Both the position numbers and the translations under genes were made by a program. This document shows, piece by piece, positions 36,520-45,911 of a stretch of DNA of 64,000 bases. The notes below the pieces were generated by a model. That model searched no databases. It was not told where the DNA came from and worked only from the letters and a program-made list of their open reading frames with translations. Each line of letters opens with the position of its first letter. Within the stretch, counting starts at the first letter, position 1. Origin of the DNA: Patescibacteria group bacterium (lineage in GTDB: Bacteria; Patescibacteriota; Patescibacteriia; XYB2-FULL-38-15); assembly GCA_041650995.1 (NCBI GenBank), contig JBAZJZ010000001.1, positions 491,302 to 555,301 on the forward strand, read 5' to 3'.

Positions 36520-38733
36520 ATGAATCTAGTCATTGTCGAATCTCCGACAAAGGCAAAAACTATCAGTAAATTTTTGAGTAAAGACTTCGTAGTTAAGTCT
36601 TCTTTTGGTCATCTTCGCGATCTGCCACAAAAAGAAATGGGCATTGATATTGAACATGATTTCGCGCCCCATTATGTCGTGCCGAGAAAAAATCAGAAGA
36701 CAGTTACTGATTTAAAAAAATCCGCCGCGAAAGCTAAATTCATTTACTTCGCGTCTGACGAAGACCGCGAAGGAGAAGCCATCTCTTGGCACTTAACTCA
36801 AATATTAAAGCCGAAAACCGGACAGGCTCGCCGGATTGCTTTTCATGAAATTACCAAAGATGCGATCTTAAAAGCCCTAGAAAATCCCCGCGACCTTGAT
36901 TTAAATATGGTTGATGCCCAGCAAGCCCGTCGGGTTTTGGATCGCCTGGTTGGCTATGAACTCTCCCCCTTTCTCTGGAAAAAAGTCGCCAAAGGTTTAT
37001 CCGCCGGCCGCGTCCAATCTGTCGCCGTCCGTTTAATTGTTGAACGCGAACGGGAAATTCAAAAATTTGTTCCTGAAGAATATTGGAATATTGAAGGCGA
37101 TTTTCAGAAAGATGATGGTAAGGAAAAATTTTCCGCGAAATTGAATAAAATTAATAACAAAGTTTTAGAAAAATTTTCAATTAAATCAAAAAATGAAGCC
37201 GATAAAATTTTAAAAGATTTGGCAGGTCGGAATTATCGCGTGGTCAATATTGAAGAAAAAGAGACAAAACGCACTCCCCCGCCGCCTTTTATCACTTCAA
37301 CCTTGCAACAAGATGCCAACCGCCGTTTAGGTTTTTCGGCGAAACAAACAATGCTCATTGCCCAACAATTATACGAAGGTGTGGATTTAGGCAACGAAGG
37401 TTCGGTTGGTTTGATTACCTATATGAGAACTGATTCAGTCAATCTCGCAGAAAAATTTCTGTCTGAATCGCGAGCATTCCTTAAAAAATCTTTTGGCGAA
37501 AAATATTTGGCTCCGAGTTCGCGGCGCTTTACAACCAAATCAAAACTCGCGCAAGAAGCTCACGAAGCAATACGCCCGACCGACGCCGCTCGCGATCCAG
37601 AATCCGTCCGGCCTTATTTAGATGATCACCAATTCAAACTTTATAATCTGATCTGGCGGCGGGCTATGGCTTCGCAAATGTCCGACGGGGCGCTTATTGG
37701 CACAGCTATAGACATTGAAGCAGAAAAATCCAGCGCAAAAATTTCTTATACTTTCCGCGCCAACGGCTTGACTATAAAATTTGATGGCTTCTTAAAAGTT
37801 TATGGCACAAGCCAAGAAACAATTTTACCTGTTTTCAAAATAAAAGAATTATTGGAATTATTAAAGTTAAATCCGAATCAGCATTTCACCGAACCGCCGG
37901 CCCGATATTCTGACGCTTCGCTTGTCAAAACGCTTGAAGAATATGGAATCGGCCGGCCATCAACTTACGCCCCAACAATTTCCACAATTATTGATCGCGG
38001 TTATGTTGAAAAAATTGAAGGACGAAGATTAAAACCAACTGAAATTGCCTTCACGGTGAACGATTTATTGGTGGAACATTTTCCAAATATTGTTGATTTT
38101 AAATTCACGGCTCGCATGGAAGACGACCTGGACGAAATTGCCGAAGGAAAAAAGAAATGGGTCCCGGTAATTAAAGAATTTTATATGCCATTCAAGGAAA
38201 ACCTTGACCAAAAATACAAAGATGTCAGCAAGGCCGAAGAACCGACTGAAGAAGTTTGCGAAAAATGCGGATCGCCTATGGTTATTAAAACGGGACGTTA
38301 TGGAAAATTTTTAGCTTGCAGCGGATTTCCCAAATGTCGAAATATCAAATCGCTCAGCGGCCAAACTGACGGCGGCCCGGCCGAACCGGAAACAACTGAC
38401 GAAGTTTGCGACAAATGCGGCGCGCCCATGGTCATAAAACACGGACGCTTCGGAAAATTTTTATCTTGTTCAAAATATCCTGAATGTAAAAACATGAAGC
38501 CGCTCGTGAAGTCCACGGGCGTTGCCTGCTCCGAATGTGGCAAGGGAGAAATTGTGGAACGGCGTTCAAAGAGAGGAAAAACTTTCTATTCCTGCAACCG
38601 TTATCCTGACTGTAAATTCGCTCTCTGGTCAAAACCGACCGGAGAAAAATGTCCAAAGTGCGGAAGTTTATTGGTCTACGGAAAGGGCGACACCGTTACT
38701 TGTTCCAGTAAAGAATGCGATTATAAAAAATAA
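36520..38733 (+). CDS. topA: DNA topoisomerase I
   Basis: VESPTKAK, DEDREGE, SAGRVQS, ITYMRTDS, C-terminal zinc ribbons. Confidence 0.98.
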   Translation: MNLVIVESPTKAKTISKFLSKDFVVKSSFGHLRDLPQKEMGIDIEHDFAPHYVVPRKNQKTVTDLKKSAAKAKFIYFASDEDREGEAISWHLTQILKPKTGQARRIAFHEITKDAILKALENPRDLDLNMVDAQQARRVLDRLVGYELSPFLWKKVAKGLSAGRVQSVAVRLIVEREREIQKFVPEEYWNIEGDFQKDDGKEKFSAKLNKINNKVLEKFSIKSKNEADKILKDLAGRNYRVVNIEEKETKRTPPPPFITSTLQQDANRRLGFSAKQTMLIAQQLYEGVDLGNEGSVGLITYMRTDSVNLAEKFLSESRAFLKKSFGEKYLAPSSRRFTTKSKLAQEAHEAIRPTDAARDPESVRPYLDDHQFKLYNLIWRRAMASQMSDGALIGTAIDIEAEKSSAKISYTFRANGLTIKFDGFLKVYGTSQETILPVFKIKELLELLKLNPNQHFTEPPARYSDASLVKTLEEYGIGRPSTYAPTISTIIDRGYVEKIEGRRLKPTEIAFTVNDLLVEHFPNIVDFKFTARMEDDLDEIAEGKKKWVPVIKEFYMPFKENLDQKYKDVSKAEEPTEEVCEKCGSPMVIKTGRYGKFLACSGFPKCRNIKSLSGQTDGGPAEPETTDEVCDKCGAPMVIKHGRFGKFLSCSKYPECKNMKPLVKSTGVACSECGKGEIVERRSKRGKTFYSCNRYPDCKFALWSKPTGEKCPKCGSLLVYGKGDTVTCSSKECDYKK

Positions 38734-38793
38734 TTTTCCCCTCCTGCCTGAGGAGGGGTTAGGGGTGGTGGGAGAAAAACATAATAGGACACA

Positions 38794-38824
38794 AAAAACA
38801 CCTCGGCCTCCGCCGGGTGTTTTT
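38794..38824. terminator. Bidirectional terminator
   Basis: AAAAACAC-CTCGGC...GCCGGGTGTTTTT between convergent genes. Confidence 0.7.
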
Positions 38825-38838
38825 ATTATAATCAAAAT

Positions 38839-39138
38839 TTATCTAAGTTCTTTGAGCTGTGATAGAGCCTGGCTCAACGCTGTAGTTAATTCTTCCAAGC
38901 CACTGATCAATTTTCGCTTTTTTTCTTCACTGTCTTTCTCTCTTTCGACAACGTTCATCAACTTCTCAAGACTGCCCTGATGGCGAATTAATATAGCCAG
39001 GGATTCCGTTGCTTCTTCCGGAGAAAAACCAAACCTATCTCCCCCGTGTTCAAGAATCCATTGCTGATCTCTTAGCGCCCGCATTTTTTCTTTACCGCCC
39101 TCCTCCATTATAACTGGAGACTCTCTGCCCTCTGTCAT
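38839..39138 (-). CDS. Hypothetical helical protein (99 aa)
   Basis: ORF with a TTGACA box upstream and a terminator downstream. Confidence 0.55.
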   Translation of the reverse strand: MTEGRESPVIMEEGGKEKMRALRDQQWILEHGGDRFGFSPEEATESLAILIRHQGSLEKLMNVVEREKDSEEKKRKLISGLEELTTALSQALSQLKELR

Positions 39139-39310
39139 AAATTTAAAAAATTAATAATTAATTCCTCCACTTCCTATAGTACTCTCTCTGATTTTGTCAA
39201 AAATAAAAAAGACAGGGCCGAGACGGACCGTAACCCCTAAACCTATGGTGATGCTAGGGTGGTTGCTCGGACCCCGCCAATTTTATTAAAACATAAAAAA
39301 GAATAAAAAT

Positions 39311-39339
39311 AAACACCCCGCCTTGCGGCGGGGTGTTTT
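39311..39339. terminator. Strong GC hairpin/terminator
   Basis: AAACACCCCGCC-TTGC-GGCGGGGTGTTTT (GCAA tetraloop on the minus strand). Confidence 0.7.
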
Positions 39340-39476
39340 GATTTGGGGTTGGTCCTCTATTTCACGAAGTGGAACAAAGGACTTACCTAGCATCACAAAG
39401 ATATCATAGCATAGTTTCTGTCATTTTGTCAAGGGTTATTTACAAATTCCCCGTTTTAATCTAAAATTAATTTGTT

Positions 39477-40958
39477 ATGATAACGATTGACGATTTAATC
39501 CAAAAAATTAAATTCTACGCGCCAAATGCCGACCTAGATTTGGTGCGCTTAGCTTTTGATTACGCCAAAAAAGCGCACAACGGACAAAAGCGACTTTCCG
39601 GCGAACCATATATTAATCACCCGCTTGCCACGGCCATGAATTTAGCGGAAATGAAATTACATCAAGATATTATCATCGCCGGTCTCCTGCACGATATCCC
39701 CGAAGAAACTCGTCCGGAAAACCCGGAAATCTCTATCCGAGAAATAAAACACAACTTTGGCGAAGAAGTGGCTTTCATGGTCCGCGGAATTACTAAACTA
39801 GGAAAAATAAAATATCGCGGCATGGAACGGTATTTAGAAAATTTGCGCAAAATGTTTATAGCTATGGCCGAAGATGTCCGAGTGATTTTCATCAAATTCG
39901 CTGATCGGCTGCATAATTTGGAAACGCTTGAAGCCCAGCCATCGGCAAAACAAAAACGCATTGCCATGGAAACAATGGAAATTTATGCCCCAATCGCAAA
40001 CCGTCTCGGTATGGGTGAAATAAAAGGTCGTCTCGAAGATCTATCTTTTCCCCACCTTTATCCTAAAGATTTTGAAAAATTAAGAAAAGAAGTTGCGCCG
40101 CGCTACAAAGCCAAAGAAGAATATTTGAAAAAAATAAGGGTAAAACTTTTAAAAACCATTGCCAATTTTTCTTTAGGCGCACCAGGAGAAAAGAGCAGTG
40201 AACAGCGGATTAAAGTTTATTCGATCCACGGCCGAACCAAGCGTCTTTGGAGTATACATAAAAAATTACAGCAAAAAGGATATGACGATCTTTCAAAAAT
40301 TTATGATTTAGTCGCCCTTCGAGTGATTGTGGAAACAGTGGCTGAATGCTACACGGTCTTGGGTATTATTCACCAATTATGGAAACCATTAAAAGGACGC
40401 ATCAAGGACTATATCGCTCAACCAAAACCAAACGGCTATCAATCTCTTCACACTACAGTTTTTTGCGATGACGGTGAAATCGTGGAATTCCAAATCAGAA
40501 CGAAAAAAATGCACGAAGAAGCCGAATTTGGTATTGCTTCGCACTGGTATTATGACGAAAAAGGATCAATGCCCGTTGCAAAAGATTTAAAATGGGTTAA
40601 AGAACTGACAAGGTGGAAAAAAGAATTTGAAGAGAATCAAAGATATTTAGAATCTTTAAAAATTGATGTTTTCCAAAACAGAATTTTTGTTTTCACGCCA
40701 AAAGGCGATGTTATTGATTTACCAGAAAATTCCACGCCGGTTGATTTCGCCTATACCCTACACTCTGATCTTGGAGACAAATGCGCTGGCGCTAAAATTA
40801 ATGAGCAAATGACAAAACTTGATACAAAATTACAAAGTGGCGACGTCGTGGAAATTATAATTGATAAAAATAGAAAAACTCCTTCGTCCGATTGGCTGAA
40901 ATTTGTAAAAACCAACGCCGCCCGGCATAAAATTAAAAGCCGACTGAAAACAAAGTAA
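39477..40958 (+). CDS. rel: RelA/SpoT (p)ppGpp synthetase/hydrolase (HD, SYNTH and TGS domains; no ZFD/ACT)
   Basis: GEPYINHP, LLHD, ADRLHN, KPNGYQSLHT, EFQIRT, VFTPKG; promoter TTTACA-17-TAAAAT at 39439-39467. Confidence 0.93.
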   Translation: MITIDDLIQKIKFYAPNADLDLVRLAFDYAKKAHNGQKRLSGEPYINHPLATAMNLAEMKLHQDIIIAGLLHDIPEETRPENPEISIREIKHNFGEEVAFMVRGITKLGKIKYRGMERYLENLRKMFIAMAEDVRVIFIKFADRLHNLETLEAQPSAKQKRIAMETMEIYAPIANRLGMGEIKGRLEDLSFPHLYPKDFEKLRKEVAPRYKAKEEYLKKIRVKLLKTIANFSLGAPGEKSSEQRIKVYSIHGRTKRLWSIHKKLQQKGYDDLSKIYDLVALRVIVETVAECYTVLGIIHQLWKPLKGRIKDYIAQPKPNGYQSLHTTVFCDDGEIVEFQIRTKKMHEEAEFGIASHWYYDEKGSMPVAKDLKWVKELTRWKKEFEENQRYLESLKIDVFQNRIFVFTPKGDVIDLPENSTPVDFAYTLHSDLGDKCAGAKINEQMTKLDTKLQSGDVVEIIIDKNRKTPSSDWLKFVKTNAARHKIKSRLKTK

Positions 40959-40971
40959 AAAAATTAAAATA

Positions 40972-41005
40972 AAAATCACCCGCCGATTTGGCAGGTGGTT
41001 TTTTT
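40972..41005. terminator. Bidirectional terminator rel/parB
   Basis: AAAATCACC-CGCC...GGCAGGTGGTTTTTTT. Confidence 0.6.
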
Positions 41006-41010
41006 GTATG

Positions 41011-41871
41011 TTATCTTTTGGAAATTTTTTTAATTATATCACTATATTCTTCATCACTATAAAAATGAATTATTATTTGGCCTTTCGCGCCTCTTTTCTT
41101 TATTTCCACCTTTGTCCCGAAAACACCGCGTAATAATTCTTCTTTAGCCGCGAGTGCCGGATCAACTTTTCTTTGTCTCACTCCTTTTACTTTTTTTACC
41201 GCGCTCTCTGTGTCGCGGACAGTCATTTCATTTTTCAAAATTTTAGAAAAATATTTTAATTGTGATTTCTCGTCGGGTAAAGACAAAAGTGTGCGACCGT
41301 GGCTTTCTTTTATCTTTCCACTTCGGAGCGCTTGTAAAATTTCTTCCGGCAAACTAAGCAAACGCAAAGTATTGGCAATAACTGGCCGACTTTTACCAAC
41401 TCTTACTGCTACTTCTTCCTGTGTTAAATTAAATTCATCCATCAATCTTTGAAATGCCCTGCCCTCTTCAATCGGATTTAAATTTTTCCGTTGGATATTT
41501 TCAATTAAAGCCAGCTCTAATTTTTCCTGATCCTTGGCTGTCCGGACAATCGCCGGTACAGTTTTCAAATTCAAAAATTTCGCGGCGCGGTAACGGCGTT
41601 CGCCGGCGATTAACTCATAGTTTTCTGCGTCAATTTTTGTGACGACAAGGGGCTGCAAAATCCCATGTTCCTTGATGGAATTTATCAAATCCTCCAAATC
41701 CTGATAGCCAAAATCTTCGCGCGGCTGTTTCGGATTCGGCCGGATGTTTTTCACAGGAACGTCAACGAGGCGAACACCCTGTGGCGCCGCTTCAGCTCCG
41801 GAAGAAAACGCTTGAACTATTCTTTTTGGAGGAATTAATGAATTTAGTCCTCTGCCCAGACCATATGACAT
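41011..41871 (-). CDS. parB: Chromosome partitioning protein ParB
   Basis: LGRGL, QPR, AGERRYRA, ENIQR, HTH. Confidence 0.96.
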   Translation of the reverse strand: MSYGLGRGLNSLIPPKRIVQAFSSGAEAAPQGVRLVDVPVKNIRPNPKQPREDFGYQDLEDLINSIKEHGILQPLVVTKIDAENYELIAGERRYRAAKFLNLKTVPAIVRTAKDQEKLELALIENIQRKNLNPIEEGRAFQRLMDEFNLTQEEVAVRVGKSRPVIANTLRLLSLPEEILQALRSGKIKESHGRTLLSLPDEKSQLKYFSKILKNEMTVRDTESAVKKVKGVRQRKVDPALAAKEELLRGVFGTKVEIKKRGAKGQIIIHFYSDEEYSDIIKKISKR

Positions 41872-41889
41872 ATATATAATTTAAATTTT

Positions 41890-42654
41890 TTAAAATTTAA
41901 TTTCCAAAATTTCTCGCGCCAATCTTTCATATGCTTTAGCTCCCTTGCTTTTATCATCATAATGCAAAATCGTTAAACCATGAGATGGGGCCTCGGCTAA
42001 TCTGACGTTTCTCGGAATAACCGACCGAAAAATTTTATTTGGAAAATATTGATACAGCTCTTTTAAAATTGCGTCCGAAAGTCCGACGCGGCTATCAAAC
42101 ATAGTAATGACCGCGCCCAAAATTTTTAAATCCGGCTTGAGGTTATCTTGGACCAATTTAATTGTTTCAAGTAATTGACCAAGCCCTTCCAGGGCGTAAT
42201 ACTCCGCCTGAACTGGGATAAAAACATGATCGGCCGCGGTTAAACTATTTATTGTCAAAAGCCCAAGCGACGGCGGGCAATCAATAATGATGTAATCAAA
42301 ATCATTGCGTGCTTCAAGCAAAGCGTCATATAGACGAAATTCCCGCCTATCAGCACCAACAAGTTCCACGTTCGCTCCGGCCAAAGAAACCGTGGCTGGA
42401 GCAACTTTATAACCCTGAACAGGAGTATTTACAATAATATTTCTAAATGGTGATGCCCCGGCAATGGCTTCATATACACCCTTTTCTAAATTGCGATGAT
42501 CAATACCAAGCCCAGAGGTAGCATTGGCCTGCGGATCCATGTCCACGAGAAGAACAAATTTTCCAAGGTGTGCCAAATAAGCGCCCAAATTTACGGCAGT
42601 CGTCGTTTTGCCCACTCCGCCTTTTTGGTTGACAATAGAAATAATTTGAGCCAT
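41890..42654 (-). CDS. parA: Chromosome partitioning ATPase ParA/Soj
   Basis: KGGVGKTT, DPQAN, DCPP, EAPSHG. Confidence 0.96.
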   Translation of the reverse strand: MAQIISIVNQKGGVGKTTTAVNLGAYLAHLGKFVLLVDMDPQANATSGLGIDHRNLEKGVYEAIAGASPFRNIIVNTPVQGYKVAPATVSLAGANVELVGADRREFRLYDALLEARNDFDYIIIDCPPSLGLLTINSLTAADHVFIPVQAEYYALEGLGQLLETIKLVQDNLKPDLKILGAVITMFDSRVGLSDAILKELYQYFPNKIFRSVIPRNVRLAEAPSHGLTILHYDDKSKGAKAYERLAREILEIKF

Positions 42655-42684
42655 AATAAATTATCTGCTCCTTAAGATTTAATC

Positions 42685-42727
42685 ATTATACCCAACTATT
42701 GCTTTTTTGACAACTTTGTCGTAAAAT
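42685..42727. promoter_or_regulatory. Overlapping divergent promoters (parAB and tRNA cluster)
   Basis: Minus: TTGTCA-17-TATAAT (42713-42685); plus: TTGCTT-17-TAAAAT (42699-42727). Confidence 0.55.
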
Positions 42728-42741
42728 AAGACTAAACTGAC

Positions 42742-42825
42742 GCCGATGTGGCGGAACTGGCATACGCGTGCGACTCAAAATCGCATTCCCTTACGGGATT
42801 GTGGGTTCAACTCCCACCATCGGCA
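42742..42825 (+). tRNA. tRNA-Leu(CAA)
   Basis: GCCGATGTGGCGGAA...TGCGA-CT-CAA-AA-TCGCA, long variable arm, GGTTCAACTCC; CCA not encoded. Confidence 0.93.
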
Positions 42826-42876
42826 CTTTGACAAAATATTATATATTAGTTATTCTAATATATAATATAAAATTAT

Positions 42877-42951
42877 AGCGGGGTGGAGAAGTAGCATCTC
42901 GCCTGGCCCATAACCAGGAGATCGCCGGTGCAAATCCGGCCCCCGCAACCA
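42877..42951 (+). tRNA. tRNA-fMet(CAT), initiator type
   Basis: AGCGGGG...CCCCGCA-ACCA with unpaired 1:72, anticodon CAT, atypical T-loop TGCAAAT. Confidence 0.88.
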
Positions 42952-43083
42952 AAAAATAATTGAATTATATAAAGCCGGGTTTGTAGGAAAGGGGTCGGGA
43001 AAACGTAGTTTTCCCGATTTGCGGAAATATTAAAACCGCGGGGTTTTAAAGAGCGAGGCGATAAATCCGGCCCCCGCAACCAA
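42952..43083 (+). repeat. tRNA-linked element ending in a duplicated tRNA-fMet 3' end
   Basis: AAATCCGGCCCCCGCAACCAA at 42932-42952 and 43063-43083; internal hairpins TCGGGAAAAC/GTTTTCCCGA and TAAAACC/GGTTTTA. Confidence 0.75.
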
Positions 43084-43121
43084 GTTTTTTTGTCTTTTTT
43101 AAATAAATCCAACGGTAGCGA

Positions 43122-43198
43122 GGCTGGGTAGCTCAGTTGGTTAGAGCGAGGGACTCATAAGCCCTAGGTCGTCGGTTCGATCCCGACCCCAGCCACCA
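43122..43198 (+). tRNA. tRNA-Met(CAT), elongator (Ile2 not excluded)
   Basis: GGCTGGGTAGCTCAG...CT-CAT-AA...GGTTCGATCCC...CCCAGCCACCA. Confidence 0.92.
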
Positions 43199-43205
43199 AA
43201 GTTTT

Positions 43206-43667
43206 ATGCTCTTAACAGTCCACGCTACAACCGGCGCCTTAATCGGCCAACAAGTAAATAATCCAATTTTAGCTTTTGTTTTAGGGTTCATATCTCATTT
43301 TGTTTTAGATATGATTCCTCACGGCGATCAAGATTGGATTGAAGAATATAAGAGCGACCAAAAGTCCAAAGCTAGAAAAATCATCTGCATTGTAGCCATA
43401 GATGCAATAATTTTATTTACTTTATTGGTTTCGCGATATTTCTACGGCGACTCCTTTGCTCCGAGTTTAAGTATCGCTTCAGGAATTCTCGGTGGCATTC
43501 TTCCTGATTTCATAGTCGCTTGCCATGAATTATCCGATAGACTCTTTAAAAATTTCTATCGATTCCATTTTATTGTCCATGATTTAATTAAAGTCAAACC
43601 AACAACTGCTCAAGGCCTAGCTTTTCAAGCCATTGTTACTGCCATTCTTTTATTAAATTTTATTTAG
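43206..43667 (+). CDS. Hypothetical membrane protein (possible metal-dependent hydrolase)
   Basis: Hydrophobic helices with H..G, SHFVLD..PH and LPD motifs. Confidence 0.6.
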   Translation: MLLTVHATTGALIGQQVNNPILAFVLGFISHFVLDMIPHGDQDWIEEYKSDQKSKARKIICIVAIDAIILFTLLVSRYFYGDSFAPSLSIASGILGGILPDFIVACHELSDRLFKNFYRFHFIVHDLIKVKPTTAQGLAFQAIVTAILLLNFI

Positions 43668-43669
43668 AC

Positions 43670-43698
43670 AAAAACCCGACCTTGCGGTCGGTTTTTTT
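43670..43698. terminator. Bidirectional terminator
   Basis: AAAAACCCGACC-TTGC-GGTCGGTTTTTTT. Confidence 0.7.
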
Positions 43699-43711
43699 AA
43701 TTTATTTTTTA

Positions 43712-44923
43712 TTAAACGTTTGCGACTTCTCCGTAAACTTTAAGTGTTTCCTCAGCGCATTTCTTCCAGTTAAATTTTTCAGCCTGGATTATCCCTTTTT
43801 TACTAAGTTCTTCCCGTAAATTCCGATCCACTAAAATTTTTTCTAACGCACTGGAAATTTCTAAAACTTTTTCTGGATTAATAAGTATGGCAGCTTGACC
43901 GGCAATCTCTGGCAGAGAGGATTTATTTGATGTAATTGTCGGAACTCCAAGAGACAATGCCTCAAGCACTGGCAAACCAAATCCTTCATAGAAAGATGGA
44001 AAAATAAAACAAGCGGCACCTTTCATTAAAGAAAATTTTTCGCGACCGGGAACATAGCCAATATATTTTATCTCTCCGCTTTCCCCTAACTTTTTTTGGC
44101 ACGCCTCAATTTCTTTAAAAACATTTTTATACTTCCATCCTCTAACCCCAGCTAAAATGAGCTGGTATTTTTTTTCTAAATTTTTATTTTTATAAATTAA
44201 ACCGCAAAACGCCTGAACTAAGGCAACGATGTTTTTCCTCGGCTCAATCGTCCCTAAAAATAGGGCGTAATCATCTTTAAGGCCGTATTTTACCTTTAAA
44301 TCTTCAAAACAAATTTCTGACTCTACGCCGCAGGCGGTTTCTTTTTTCGAAGGCAAATTTCTAAACTCCACCCCCTCATAAATCACTTCTACTTTCCCGG
44401 GATTTATTTTGAAAATTTCCGTAATATCTTTTTTGGTATTTTTTGAAACAGCGATAATTTTTTCTGCCTTTTTTAAACTTTTCGGAACCAACGTTTTAGT
44501 TGAAAAATTTTGACCTATCAAAAATTTTTTTGGAAACCACTCGGGATTTTTATATATAGCAAGATCATGAACCGTTACAACGGACTTTCCCTTGTAAGCC
44601 AAGGGCAAAGTATAGGCCGGCGAGTGGAAAACATCCAACTTTTCTTTCTCAATGGCGTTTGCCGTTAAAAGATGAGAAAAGGCAAAAGGTAGATAATGTT
44701 TATATTGATGAAATGGAAAAAATTTTATTTTTACATTTGGTGCGCCAACAATCATTTCTTCGGCGGCGTCTTTGGAAAGTAAATTATCAAAAAAAAGAAC
44801 GTACTCGTTCTTTTTATCTATCTTCAGGAGATTTTTTATCAAAAAAAATGTGTAATGTCCAACGCCGGCAGCTTCTCCATAACCCGGATTTAAAATTGTT
44901 CTACAGTCAATGCCAATGCGCAT
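43712..44923 (-). CDS. Glycosyltransferase family 4 (GT-B)
   Basis: TVHDL, GTIEPRKN, EGFGLPVLEA. Confidence 0.92.
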   Translation of the reverse strand: MRIGIDCRTILNPGYGEAAGVGHYTFFLIKNLLKIDKKNEYVLFFDNLLSKDAAEEMIVGAPNVKIKFFPFHQYKHYLPFAFSHLLTANAIEKEKLDVFHSPAYTLPLAYKGKSVVTVHDLAIYKNPEWFPKKFLIGQNFSTKTLVPKSLKKAEKIIAVSKNTKKDITEIFKINPGKVEVIYEGVEFRNLPSKKETACGVESEICFEDLKVKYGLKDDYALFLGTIEPRKNIVALVQAFCGLIYKNKNLEKKYQLILAGVRGWKYKNVFKEIEACQKKLGESGEIKYIGYVPGREKFSLMKGAACFIFPSFYEGFGLPVLEALSLGVPTITSNKSSLPEIAGQAAILINPEKVLEISSALEKILVDRNLREELSKKGIIQAEKFNWKKCAEETLKVYGEVANV

Positions 44924-44942
44924 AATATAATATTGTATGATT

Positions 44943-45911
44943 TTACCATTGATAATTTACAAATGCCCAATCAACCAAACCCTTAATTTCTTTAAATCTG
45001 TCTTCCGCAGTCGCACTGCCTAAAACCACGGCAATTATTTTATGTCCTCCGCGCATAACTTCCACCGCTAAATTATACCCCGATTCTTCTATATAACCAG
45101 TTTTTCCCCCAATAAAATTATATGGTTCATCATTTAAAAAACTCCAAAGTAATTCATCTGTACTTTTTACATAATAAGTTTTCCCACTTCCGATCGGGTT
45201 GAAGACATATCTTTTTTGCAATGTTGCTGACCTGACCTCTTCCCGCGCCAAGGCCGTAGCAACAAGTTTTGCCACATCACGAGCCGTTCCCTGATTTTCT
45301 GGCAAAAGGCCCGTTGGATCAACAAAAATTGTATCTTTTAAGCTAAGCTCCTCTGCTTTTTTATTCATTTCCGCGACAAAATCTTTTTGCTCCAAACCGG
45401 TGGAGCGCGCCAGGGCAATCGCGGCGTTATTAACTGACCCAACTAAAGCCATATTAAACAAATCCTTAACAGTCACTTCTTCCGGCGAACGAGCGTAAAC
45501 AATGCCACCTTCACGATCGTCCGCTCTTGTCAAACGAATTACCTTATCCCAATCTGGGTCTTGATCCAAAAAAACCAAAACAGTCATCAGCTTGGTCAAA
45601 CTGGCCAAAGGTGTTTTTTCCTGAGGATTTTTTGCAAATAAAACTGTACCCGTACCTTCGTCAAAAACCAATACTGATTTAGCCGTTGTTAAAATTCCAA
45701 TACTCCGGCTATCTTCTTTCTTCCAAGGAGCGCGAGGTTCAGCTCTTGGTAAGCTAAATTGCTGGCCATCACCTTCACTTTGTGTATGGAGCGCCTCTTC
45801 CGCAATAATTTCGTCTGTTAAATCCGAAACAGTCGTCTCGGTGCTCCCTGGGGAATACGCAACAAACGGAGTAAAAATTAAGATTATACTTAGAATGATG
45901 GAAAACATCAT
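44943..45911 (-). CDS. D-alanyl-D-alanine carboxypeptidase/endopeptidase (peptidase S11)
   Basis: SLTK, SVN and KTG motifs; signal peptide. Confidence 0.9.
   Translation of the reverse strand: MMFSIILSIILIFTPFVAYSPGSTETTVSDLTDEIIAEEALHTQSEGDGQQFSLPRAEPRAPWKKEDSRSIGILTTAKSVLVFDEGTGTVLFAKNPQEKTPLASLTKLMTVLVFLDQDPDWDKVIRLTRADDREGGIVYARSPEEVTVKDLFNMALVGSVNNAAIALARSTGLEQKDFVAEMNKKAEELSLKDTIFVDPTGLLPENQGTARDVAKLVATALAREEVRSATLQKRYVFNPIGSGKTYYVKSTDELLWSFLNDEPYNFIGGKTGYIEESGYNLAVEVMRGGHKIIAVVLGSATAEDRFKEIKGLVDWAFVNYQW

Noticed and set aside
39358-39376. parS-like sequence TATTTCAC-GAA-GTGGAACA near parAB
   Set aside because: The half-sites are separated by 3 extra bases relative to the 16-bp parS palindrome; better explained as an RNA hairpin in the sRNA candidate.
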